Positions 1-8,017 of a stretch of DNA of 27,990 bases are shown here, piece by piece. Source of the stretch: an uncultured Coriobacteriaceae bacterium (GTDB lineage Bacteria > Actinomycetota > Coriobacteriia > Coriobacteriales > Eggerthellaceae); NCBI GenBank assembly GCA_902781245.1, contig CACZIP010000001.1, positions 1 to 27,990 of the forward strand, in the 5' to 3' direction. Each line of letters begins with the position of its first letter. The stretch's first letter is position 1. The position numbers and the translations under genes are program-made. The notes beneath the pieces were generated by a model that was not told the origin of the DNA, made no database searches, and was given only the letters and a program-made list of their open reading frames with translations.

Positions 1-1
1 A

Positions 2-85
2 CCCCACTACGAGAACATCCGCGTATTACGTGACACTAAACACGATTACCGCGAATACCAACTCGAGCTGGAGAAGGCGAAATGA
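2..85 (+). CDS. 3' end of an upstream CDS of unknown product (partial, runs off left edge)
   Basis: Open frame from position 2 (PHYENIRVLRDTKHDYREYQLELEKAK*). Its TGA (83-85) overlaps the ATG (82-84) of the next gene in an ATGA coupling like others in this locus. Confidence 0.5.
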   Translation, partial: PHYENIRVLRDTKHDYREYQLELEKAK

Positions 86-3000
86 CAACGATTCCAAGTA
101 CGACAGTGGCCCTTACGGTCACCGACGCTTTCCATCCCTCTGAAAGCGAACTCGACTTCGTCGTACGCACCTTCAACGTTCGATTCTCCGATTGGCGCGG
201 CAAACGAATCGTGCTCCATGGAACGAGGGAATATGCGCGCGCCATCGTAGAGTCTTTCGACGAAGCATATCGATTTGCCGCCGTAGTTGCCGATGGCTTT
301 GCGAATGCAACATTCGCGGGCAAGGATGTTTGGACCGACAGGCAGCTTGTCGAAGAAAAGCCTGATCTGGTAATTCTCACAGAACGAGTGCGTCACGCCG
401 AAGCCGTCTACCAGGAAATTGGCACGAAATGCCGAGAGGCAGGCATCGCACTCTTTGACATGTATGGACTGGATTGGCTGGCAATGCGCGACGAGATCGA
501 TGGGCAAGGTGCGCACACGTTGGAGGAATGGGTCGATATCGCCGCCCCTTATGACATCGTGAGTTTCGAAGTACCCGATTGCCTGATGATGCCGAACCCG
601 CAAGATGCGGACGTGCCGCTGATCTGCCAACCTTCGATGCGCAAACTCATCAAACGAATCGTGGCACAGGGCAAGCAGGCGCTATTTGTTGGACGCAAGC
701 CCTACACTGCCGAAGAGCAAATCGAGTCGCTCATAGCGTCAGGACTCATCTCCCGCAGAGAAGACGCCCAGGATCTCTTCTTTATGCGCGCGAACGAAGA
801 CGGTGCGTGGCGCACTATCCGTGCTGCTTATCCCGATGCGCGCATCTTACACGTGGGGTATGGCATCCCCAAGGAATGTGTGCTGCCTCGGTATTACGGC
901 GTCAACACGTATCGCATGGTGGGTGAGATAGCACCGGACAGCAAACAGCTCCAATACGGCAACCTTGCACGCGAGTCGCTCGACCCGGCGAAGCTGAAAG
1001 AACGCTTGGAAGCAGCCATCGAACAGGCAGAGGTCGTTTCGTTCGATATCTTCGATACATTGCTCGTACGCACGACGCTTGTGCCCTACGATGTGTTCGA
1101 GATCGTCGAACAACGCGCGGTGGAAATCGGGTTGCCAGCGCAGGGGTTCGCCGCAGCTCGCTTGGCAGCCCAACATAGCGCTGATGGCTATACAGCTGCG
1201 CGTATCTACCAAGCAGTGCAGCATGCCCTTGGCTGCAGCGATGCCGAATGTGAAGAGCTCTATCGTATAGAGCTTGAGGTAGAGCGCGAATCCATTTTTC
1301 CACGCGATTCAATGTGTTCATTGCTGCACAAGGCGCTCGCAAGGGGAAAGACAGTTGTCCTAATCTCTGACATGTACCATTCTGCTGAAACGATGGTCGA
1401 GCTCCTGCAAGCCAACGGCATCACAGGGTATCAGAAGCTCCTCGTTTCGAGCGAGCAGGGCATCCTCAAACGTCAGGGGCTGTTCGATTGCGTGATTTCG
1501 CCAGACACCCCCGCAAACCACATCGTTCATATCGGTGATAGCGTCAACAATGATATCGTTCCAGCCAAGGCAGCCGGCATGCAAGCCATCTTCGTCCCTT
1601 CCCCGCTCGATCTCGCGTTGACACATGGCATCAATCGAATGATGCGCAAGGATATGACCCTGGAGGAGCGCTGCGAGCTGCAAAGCATAATCGTCCGAGA
1701 ATATGCCGACCCTTTCGTTGAGCGAAACCTTGCCGTCGTCGAAGGCGCATGTGAGTCAATTCCCATCCCCTCCGTCGCCTCATTCTGTTCGTGGATGTCA
1801 AACACACCCTCTCTCGAAAAAGCCGTCGTCCATGTCGCACCCTACGAAAGCCGCATCCCTGTCGAGCTCCGTCGTGCGCTTCTCGCCTGGTACCCCTTCC
1901 ACACAGGATCACGTGCCCTGTTCTTGGGATCAGATCGGGAGGCATTCACATCACTGCTTGAAGCACATTACAGTATGCTCGATTTCGAGCTCGCACCCAA
2001 CGTGCAATACGACTTCATCGTCGCGCTCGACGTGCTCGATGGAAATCCTGAGCTGCAAGCGCTCGCCGAACGACTGTCACGCGCATTGGCGCCTGACGGC
2101 GTGCTGCTCTTGGGATTCAGGAACCGTTTCGGCGTGAAATATCTATGCGGCGCCATCGACGACGTTGTTGAAAACCCATTCGCCACGTTCGACTCAACCG
2201 GCTACCCAGGCACCCATGGACGACACGAAATGCAACACCTCGTCGAATGTGCCGAACTTTCGGCAGACCGCTTGTACTACATCATGCCTGATGCGGGTTT
2301 CGCTCAGGCAATCTATACCGACGATTACATTCCCAGTGCGGGAATCCACGACCGCGTGATGCCATTTGACAAGCACAAAAGCCCAATGGTCGCCGTCGAG
2401 CGCGATCTCTATCCCGCCATCGTAGAAGAAGGCATGCTTCCAGCTGTAGCCAACTACTACCTGATGGAATGCCGGAAGCCAGATGCTGCGCGTCCCGCCA
2501 GGCAGGTTGCCCATGTGGCGCTTTCGCTCGATCGCGGGTTGGCACACTCGTTCATCACCACACTGTTCACCGATGGAACCGCTCTCAAAGCCGCCGCACA
2601 TCCAGAAGGCCGTGCGGCGCTCGAAGCGCTTTACGCTAACAGCCAGGCATTGCATGCACGTGGCCTTGTGACTGTCGAAACGCAGCTCGAAGACGACGGT
2701 TTGCACATGCCCTTCATTAAGGAACAGCCGCTTCTCGCACATCTGGATGCGTTGCTGCCCATTGACCCTGATGCATTCATAGCTGTGTTCGACCAACTCT
2801 ACGAGGACGTTCTCGCATCGTCGGAACCCGGCACCATCTCGGATACCGACGCGTGGGGCACCTGGCACGCGAGCGCAACAGAACTCTCCCCCATCCTGCA
2901 AACAGCCTATATCGACATGGTCCCATACAACTCCTTCTGGTCAAACGGCATACTGCGCTTCTTCGACCAGGAATTCACCGTCGCAAATTGCCCAGCGAAA

Positions 3001-3702
3001 TACGTGCTGTTCCGCGCCCTGCGCTATACGTGGATCCATCTGCCGCATGCGGAACAATTGATTCCACTCGAGCGCATGAAGAAGCGCTTTGGCCTCGAAA
3101 AATTATGGGACGACTTCTTGAATTTAGAGGAAAGATTCGTCGAGGAGAACCGCAATCGTGCGCGCTACCGCGACATCTACGAATGGGCACGGTTCGATGC
3201 CCGCAGGATTGCAGAAAGCCGACATGCGTTGGCGCAATCCACGCAAGCCGCCGACGATAAGCCCTATCGCATTGGCCTGCTCATGGGTGTATTCGACCTG
3301 TTCCACGTGGGACATCTACGGCTCATCAAGCGCGCTAAAGCTCGCTGCCAGTTCTTGCGAGTTGCCGTACTCTCCGATGATCTCGTGCGCAAATTTAAAA
3401 ACATCACACCCACCATACCGCTTTCCCAGCGCATGGAAATCATCGCAGCCATAGACGGGGTCGATGAAGTTGTCGCCATCGAGGATGAGCCCTCACGTCT
3501 CGTGGAATGGCATCGCCGGCCCTTCGACTGCTTCTTCTCGGGCGACGATTACGCAGGAAATGAATACTGGGCACAAGAGCGTATCGAATTGGAAAAGCTT
3601 GGCGCAACCATCGAATTCTTCAGCTACACCGAAGAGCAAAGTTCTTCGAAGATTCGAGATGCACTCGAAGGACGCACCACAAACAAGAGGTTATCCGATT
3701 GA
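82..3702 (+). CDS. 1206-aa multidomain glycan biosynthesis protein: Rossmann-like module + degenerate HAD + intact HAD phosphatase + degenerate class I SAM methyltransferase-like + kinase-like + C-terminal HxGH (TagD-like) cytidylyltransferase
   Basis: RBS GGAGAAGG before ATG. Motifs: RIVLHGTREYA; degenerate HAD SFEVPDCL...HVGYGIPKE; intact HAD SFDIFDTLLVR (1039-1071), LISDMY, HIGDSVNND; MTase-like LLAWYPF...LAPDGVLLLGFRNRFGVKYLCG; kinase-like YIDMVPYN and FFDQEF; cytidylyltransferase GVFDLFHVGHL (HVGH at 3304-3315), QRMEIIAAIDGVDEVV, FSGDDY, SSSKIR. Confidence 0.85.
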   Translation: MTTIPSTTVALTVTDAFHPSESELDFVVRTFNVRFSDWRGKRIVLHGTREYARAIVESFDEAYRFAAVVADGFANATFAGKDVWTDRQLVEEKPDLVILTERVRHAEAVYQEIGTKCREAGIALFDMYGLDWLAMRDEIDGQGAHTLEEWVDIAAPYDIVSFEVPDCLMMPNPQDADVPLICQPSMRKLIKRIVAQGKQALFVGRKPYTAEEQIESLIASGLISRREDAQDLFFMRANEDGAWRTIRAAYPDARILHVGYGIPKECVLPRYYGVNTYRMVGEIAPDSKQLQYGNLARESLDPAKLKERLEAAIEQAEVVSFDIFDTLLVRTTLVPYDVFEIVEQRAVEIGLPAQGFAAARLAAQHSADGYTAARIYQAVQHALGCSDAECEELYRIELEVERESIFPRDSMCSLLHKALARGKTVVLISDMYHSAETMVELLQANGITGYQKLLVSSEQGILKRQGLFDCVISPDTPANHIVHIGDSVNNDIVPAKAAGMQAIFVPSPLDLALTHGINRMMRKDMTLEERCELQSIIVREYADPFVERNLAVVEGACESIPIPSVASFCSWMSNTPSLEKAVVHVAPYESRIPVELRRALLAWYPFHTGSRALFLGSDREAFTSLLEAHYSMLDFELAPNVQYDFIVALDVLDGNPELQALAERLSRALAPDGVLLLGFRNRFGVKYLCGAIDDVVENPFATFDSTGYPGTHGRHEMQHLVECAELSADRLYYIMPDAGFAQAIYTDDYIPSAGIHDRVMPFDKHKSPMVAVERDLYPAIVEEGMLPAVANYYLMECRKPDAARPARQVAHVALSLDRGLAHSFITTLFTDGTALKAAAHPEGRAALEALYANSQALHARGLVTVETQLEDDGLHMPFIKEQPLLAHLDALLPIDPDAFIAVFDQLYEDVLASSEPGTISDTDAWGTWHASATELSPILQTAYIDMVPYNSFWSNGILRFFDQEFTVANCPAKYVLFRALRYTWIHLPHAEQLIPLERMKKRFGLEKLWDDFLNLEERFVEENRNRARYRDIYEWARFDARRIAESRHALAQSTQAADDKPYRIGLLMGVFDLFHVGHLRLIKRAKARCQFLRVAVLSDDLVRKFKNITPTIPLSQRMEIIAAIDGVDEVVAIEDEPSRLVEWHRRPFDCFFSGDDYAGNEYWAQERIELEKLGATIEFFSYTEEQSSSKIRDALEGRTTNKRLSD

Positions 3703-3727
3703 AAGTACAAGACGGAAAGCGGAGCTC

Positions 3728-4687
3728 ATGACACGTGGATTCGTAACAATTGCAACTGGCAGGAAGCGTTACTACATCATCGCTGCTAACTTGCTTGCGT
3801 CGTATCGACATTTCTCTGCCAGCCCTCTGCCTTTCGCAATCATCTGCGACGCTGAGAATGACTACACCAAGCTTTTCGACGATATAGTACTACTCGACAA
3901 CCCTCACCGTTCTTATTTGGATAAGCTCGTCCTGCCGCGCCTCGCACCATACGATGAAACCATTTTCATTGATGCAGATTGCCTCGCTTATCGCGACCTA
4001 AACGATTACTGGAACTACTTCGAACAGGCGGCGGATTTTACCGCATTCGGCACAACCCATCCCGCCGATTTCCCCTATGCGTGGTTCAAAAAGAATGACG
4101 TGGACGAATATGCCGACCGCATCGAGTTCGTGCCAGACTTTATTGGGGGCGTCTACTTCATCAGAAAAGATGCGACACTTAATGCATTCTCCGATACGTG
4201 TACCCACATCCTCGAAAACTACCATCGCTATACGTTCCGTCAGTTCTCACAACCAGCTGACGAACCTATCTTCGCCCTCGCCATGGCAGTTCATGGTTTT
4301 AAGCCGGTCGATAAAGCACAAGCTCCTATCTGCTTCTTCCCACACGAAACGAGCTTTACATCCGATATCACGACGGGTCAAGTACGTTATACAAGCAAGT
4401 ACGAAAGTGACTGCGGTGAACGCCGATGGGCCTATATGGTCCATTGGGGCAGCGGCAACACGTCGAAACCGCCTTACATCACCGAAGCAGCCCGCTTGAA
4501 ATCTGCTATTCGCGAGCGCGGGAAACTCGCAACAACATGCGGAGCCATGTGTGCATGCGCGCCTTATTATGCAAAAACAGGTATGAAGTGGGTTTTGTCG
4601 AAGCTCCATTTGCTCGATGTCGCACGTAGGGTGAAAAGCTCGCTTGCATCACCCCATCGCGACAACTCATCATCAGTTTCTCGATAG
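3728..4687 (+). CDS. GT-A fold glycosyltransferase (GT8-like nucleotide-diphospho-sugar transferase), 319 aa
   Basis: ATG 3728 preceded by GGAAAGCGGAG, preferred to the track's 3464 start that overlaps the upstream gene. DxD motif in PYDETIFIDADCLAYRDL; GGVYFI and DEPIFALAM motifs; basic amphipathic C-terminus. Exact family assignment is inference. Confidence 0.65.
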   Translation: MTRGFVTIATGRKRYYIIAANLLASYRHFSASPLPFAIICDAENDYTKLFDDIVLLDNPHRSYLDKLVLPRLAPYDETIFIDADCLAYRDLNDYWNYFEQAADFTAFGTTHPADFPYAWFKKNDVDEYADRIEFVPDFIGGVYFIRKDATLNAFSDTCTHILENYHRYTFRQFSQPADEPIFALAMAVHGFKPVDKAQAPICFFPHETSFTSDITTGQVRYTSKYESDCGERRWAYMVHWGSGNTSKPPYITEAARLKSAIRERGKLATTCGAMCACAPYYAKTGMKWVLSKLHLLDVARRVKSSLASPHRDNSSSVSR

Positions 4688-4778
4688 CGACGACCGGCTC
4701 TATCCCGAGACGATAGAAAGCTCTCTGGGGGCACTTGATCAAGCTGAGGCTGGCATGGTCATCTTCGAAGCGCGCTAC
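4671..4778 (+). pseudogene. Internal remnant of a GT2 glycosyltransferase
   Basis: The frame of ORF 4644-4853 reads FLDSDDRLYPETIESSLGALDQAEAGMVIFEA. This aligns without gaps to [32 protein letters not shown] of the GT2 at 13850-15334 (11/32 identities by hand count). No GT2 N-terminus precedes it. Confidence 0.6.
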
Positions 4779-4910
4779 AAGATGAAAATGCGGAAAAGAA
4801 ACGCCAGGAAATCCTCGATTATCTTATGCGCTCTGAGCCCCCGCTCGCATTGAATGCCATCGCAGCGGTGATCCTGGCACGAATATCGCTTATGCCGTCA
4901 TTTTATGAAT

Positions 4911-4939
4911 TTGTCATTGTTATCATCAATTATCATAAT
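4911..4939 (+). promoter_or_regulatory. Candidate sigma70/sigmaA promoter for the CotH-family gene
   Basis: TTGTCA (4911-4916), 17-nt spacer, CATAAT (4934-4939), inside the most AT-rich patch of the region and about 50 nt upstream of ATG 4989. Confidence 0.55.
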
Positions 4940-4988
4940 TAGTACAAATCGCCAACGTTCTTGTGGTTTCATTTCGTGAGGGGAAGCT

Positions 4989-6740
4989 ATGAAATCGATT
5001 TCGCTGAGCAGGTGGATATGCATCGGCTTTTCCGCATTGCTGATAGCCATCAGCTTTCTTGTCGGATGCCAATCATCCACTGCATCCTCCGCCACTTCGG
5101 CATCAGCCGCCAGCTCGGCATCGTCCGCCGATGTGGAAACCGCAGTTACCTTCAGCGTGGAGTCCGGCGCATACCAAGCACAGTCCATCGATCTCACGCT
5201 TAGCAGCTCCTCGGGCTTGCCTATCGTCTACACGACGGACGGGTCATTGCCTACCGCTTCTTCCGTGCGCTTTGATGGCGCAATTTCGATCGATTCGAGC
5301 GATACCAACAGGGCCCTCATAACCCGGCTCAACAACGAGATACCCGATTTCAGAGCGATTGTCGTGGACGATTCGCTTCCAACAGCAACTGTAATCAGGG
5401 CAGCCGTCTTGCGTCCTGACGGAACAGTTGGCCCAACTTTCACGAACACATATTTCGTAGACGAGGACCTCGTGCAGATGTTTGACAGCATCATGGTCGT
5501 TTCACTTGTAGTCGACCCAGCCAATCTTCTCGATTACGAGAGTGGCATCATGGCGAAAGGAGCCATCTACGACGAGCATCGCGCAGAAAACGAGCTCCTG
5601 AGCAACGGAAACCAACATGATGTTCAGGCAAACTACACTCAAAAAGGCCGCGATTGGGAGCGAGAAGCCACCATCGAACTCTTCGACGGTTCCAACACGC
5701 TTTCGTACGAAGCGCCTTGCGGAATACGCTTGCGCGGACGTGTGTCGCGCATATATGCGCAGAAGAGCTTCAACGTGTATTTCAAGGATTCGTATGGGAC
5801 CAAAAAGATGGAATACCCGCTGTTCGGCGATATCGCAACGTCATCAAACGGGGATCCAGTAACCACTTACAAGAGCTTCTGCTTGCGATCGGGCGGCAAC
5901 GACACGGAACTGTTGCGCTACCGAGATAGCCTTCTGCAGGAAACGCTCGGTGGCTACGATTACGCCACGCAAGCCTCGCGTCCAGCAATCGTCTTCTTGA
6001 ACGGGGAGTTCTATGGCGTCTACAGCCTTGCAGAGAAATATTCAGATTCCTACATCGAAAGCCATTATGGAGTCGATTCTAAAAATGTGGTCATGTTCGA
6101 AGACGGGGAACTCGACGAGGGCGTCGACGAAGACCAAGCTCTCTACAACGAACTCATAGAATTTGCAGAGCGCGACCTGGCAGACGAAACCACATGGAAT
6201 GAATTCAACAATGTGGTCGACGTTCAATCTATGGCCGACTATTATGCAACTCAATTATTCATCGGCAATTACGATTTCGATGAAACGCAGAACTGCCGCA
6301 TATGGAGGGCACGCGATCCTGAAGAGGATAGCGCGTATGCCGACGGGCGATGGCGCTGGATGCTATACGACACCGAGTTTTCCACTGGGCTGTACGGCCT
6401 CCAGGTAACACAAGCCGACTACGACACAATGAAACAATATCTGGAGATATGCCCGCTCTTTGCCGCAGCGATGCGCAACCCAACCTTCCGCGAGCTTGTC
6501 CGCAGCCGCATCATCGATCTTTCGCAAAACGCATTCGAACCTACCCGAATTACCACCTTGTTCGACGAGTGGTGGGTGGTTTGGAAGCCGTGGATTAACT
6601 TGAGCTGCAAGCGATTCGCGACAAAAATCGACAGTGCTGAGCAGAGCTTGACCTTTGCGAAAGACTTCTTCGCCCGACGCGCGGATTGCATCATCGATTT
6701 CTTTGACCTGCATGTGGCGGAGATAGCTGCACAAAGTTAA
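4989..6740 (+). CDS. CotH kinase family lipoprotein with Fn3-associated/CHB_HEX_C-like domain, 583 aa
   Basis: Signal peptide with lipobox LVGC (Cys27). Ser/Thr/Ala-only linker at aa 29-47. FSVESGAY...IVYTTDGSLPT (Fn3-associated). CotH motifs GIRLRGRVSR, KSFNVYF, LRSGGND, LNGEFYGVYSLAEK, YYATQLFIGNYD, WRWMLYDTEFS. RBS GAGGGGA. Confidence 0.85.
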   Translation: MKSISLSRWICIGFSALLIAISFLVGCQSSTASSATSASAASSASSADVETAVTFSVESGAYQAQSIDLTLSSSSGLPIVYTTDGSLPTASSVRFDGAISIDSSDTNRALITRLNNEIPDFRAIVVDDSLPTATVIRAAVLRPDGTVGPTFTNTYFVDEDLVQMFDSIMVVSLVVDPANLLDYESGIMAKGAIYDEHRAENELLSNGNQHDVQANYTQKGRDWEREATIELFDGSNTLSYEAPCGIRLRGRVSRIYAQKSFNVYFKDSYGTKKMEYPLFGDIATSSNGDPVTTYKSFCLRSGGNDTELLRYRDSLLQETLGGYDYATQASRPAIVFLNGEFYGVYSLAEKYSDSYIESHYGVDSKNVVMFEDGELDEGVDEDQALYNELIEFAERDLADETTWNEFNNVVDVQSMADYYATQLFIGNYDFDETQNCRIWRARDPEEDSAYADGRWRWMLYDTEFSTGLYGLQVTQADYDTMKQYLEICPLFAAAMRNPTFRELVRSRIIDLSQNAFEPTRITTLFDEWWVVWKPWINLSCKRFATKIDSAEQSLTFAKDFFARRADCIIDFFDLHVAEIAAQS

Positions 6741-6890
6741 GGACAGGTCCCGCCCTTCAGGCACAGGCTCGGGCAAATCGGCGGCGGAACGCTCCAGCAC
6801 GACATCCAGAGCTGGTGGGCGCGCAAACGCGGTCGGGATGACCCCAATCGGCTCATCGGCACCACGCAAAAAACAACGGGCGATGCGTTT

Positions 6891-7979
6891 TTGGCGCTCG
6901 ACGACGTGAGCCTTTCAGTCTACGAAGGAGAAGCGCTGGGAATCATCGGCCGCAACGGCGCAGGCAAGAGCACACTGCTCAAACTACTGTCGCGCGTGAC
7001 GGTGCCAACGACGGGCCAGATTCTCGTCAGGGGCATGATTTCTTCCATGCTCGAAGTGGGCACCGGCTTTCATCGGGAAATGACCGGTCGCGAGAACGTG
7101 TATCTCAACGGCGCGATACTGGGGATGTCCAAGCGAGAAATCGACGAGAAGATGGAAGACATCATCGAATTCGAGGAAATGAGCCGTTTCATCGACACGC
7201 CCGTGAAGCGATACTCGAGCGGCATGTATGTCAAGCTCGCCTTCTCTGTTGCCGCCCACTTGGACAATGACATCATGGTCATGGACGAAGTGCTTTCGGT
7301 GGGAGATGTCATGTTCCGCGCAAAGAGTCTCGCCAAGATGCAGCAGGAAGCGAGCGGCGGCAAGACCATCCTCTACGTGAGCCACAACATGTCCACCATC
7401 AGAAAGCTTTGCGACAGATGCGCGGTGCTCCGGGAAGGCAAGCTCGTGTACTTGGGCGCTACCGAAAAGGCGATCGAAAAGTACCTGGACACGATCCTGG
7501 ACAATCGAACGTCGAGGGACCTATCCCAAATGCCGAGGAGCGCGCGTCTAACATCGCGCAAGATGATCCTCACGCATGCTGAATATCCTGGGAAGGACTG
7601 CATCCAATTCGAAGATGGAGAAAAGCTGACGATGCGCCTTCACTGGGAGGACCTGGACGATTACGAAGACCTTTGCTTACGCGCAGAAGTCTGGACCATC
7701 GAGGATGTCCTGCAAGCGAGCGGCGTAATCCACAACGTGTGCTCGGGCAAGCGCGGTGATTCACACGACGTGACGATAGAGTTGGACATCTCGCGGTTCG
7801 CGAGTGCTACCTACAAAACGAAGTTCACGTTCTTCTTCCGCGATAGGTTCGGGGGCATTCACGATACGGACAGAGTAATCGGATTGTTCTTCGAGAGGGT
7901 TTCGCAAGACGAAGCCCTCTGGGATGTCTCGAATTGGGGTTATATCCATCTCGATGATCTACGAGTGCTGCAATCCTAA
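6891..7979 (+). CDS. wzt: Polysaccharide ABC transporter ATP-binding protein (Wzt) with C-terminal carbohydrate-binding-like domain; probably 5'-truncated
   Basis: Walker A GRNGAGKST, signature YSSGM, Walker B IMVMDE, VSHNM. Wzt homology extends 44 codons upstream to 6759 (RHRLGQIGGGTLQHDIQSWW) with no ATG/GTG/TTG between the CotH stop (6740) and TTG 6891, so it may be a silent or pseudo copy. Confidence 0.7.
   Translation: MALDDVSLSVYEGEALGIIGRNGAGKSTLLKLLSRVTVPTTGQILVRGMISSMLEVGTGFHREMTGRENVYLNGAILGMSKREIDEKMEDIIEFEEMSRFIDTPVKRYSSGMYVKLAFSVAAHLDNDIMVMDEVLSVGDVMFRAKSLAKMQQEASGGKTILYVSHNMSTIRKLCDRCAVLREGKLVYLGATEKAIEKYLDTILDNRTSRDLSQMPRSARLTSRKMILTHAEYPGKDCIQFEDGEKLTMRLHWEDLDDYEDLCLRAEVWTIEDVLQASGVIHNVCSGKRGDSHDVTIELDISRFASATYKTKFTFFFRDRFGGIHDTDRVIGLFFERVSQDEALWDVSNWGYIHLDDLRVLQS
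7137..7168 (+). repeat. 32-bp perfect inverted repeat, arm 1 (inside + wzt)
   Basis: GAAATCGACGAGAAGATGGAAGACATCATCGA; exact reverse complement at 8859-8890. It arises from paralogy of the two wzt genes. Confidence 0.85.
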
Positions 7980-8017
7980 GCAAGAACCGCTGAAACGGAA
8001 ATCGACAGAAGGAAAGT

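Noticed and set aside
3464-3727. Extended N-termini in the ORF track (starts 3464, 9397, 10224, 13839, 21479, 27320)
   Set aside because: Downstream starts have better RBS or stop-start coupling, and family homology begins there.
4989-6740. Evidence of sporulation from the CotH domain
   Set aside because: CotH-family domains occur widely outside spore formers; this one is a lipoprotein with no sporulation genes nearby.
4989-7979. CotH-Wzt fusion by read-through of TAA 6738-6740 (same frame)
   Set aside because: It would join an exported lipoprotein to a cytoplasmic ATPase, UAA is rarely read through, and the first Wzt beta strand would still be missing.
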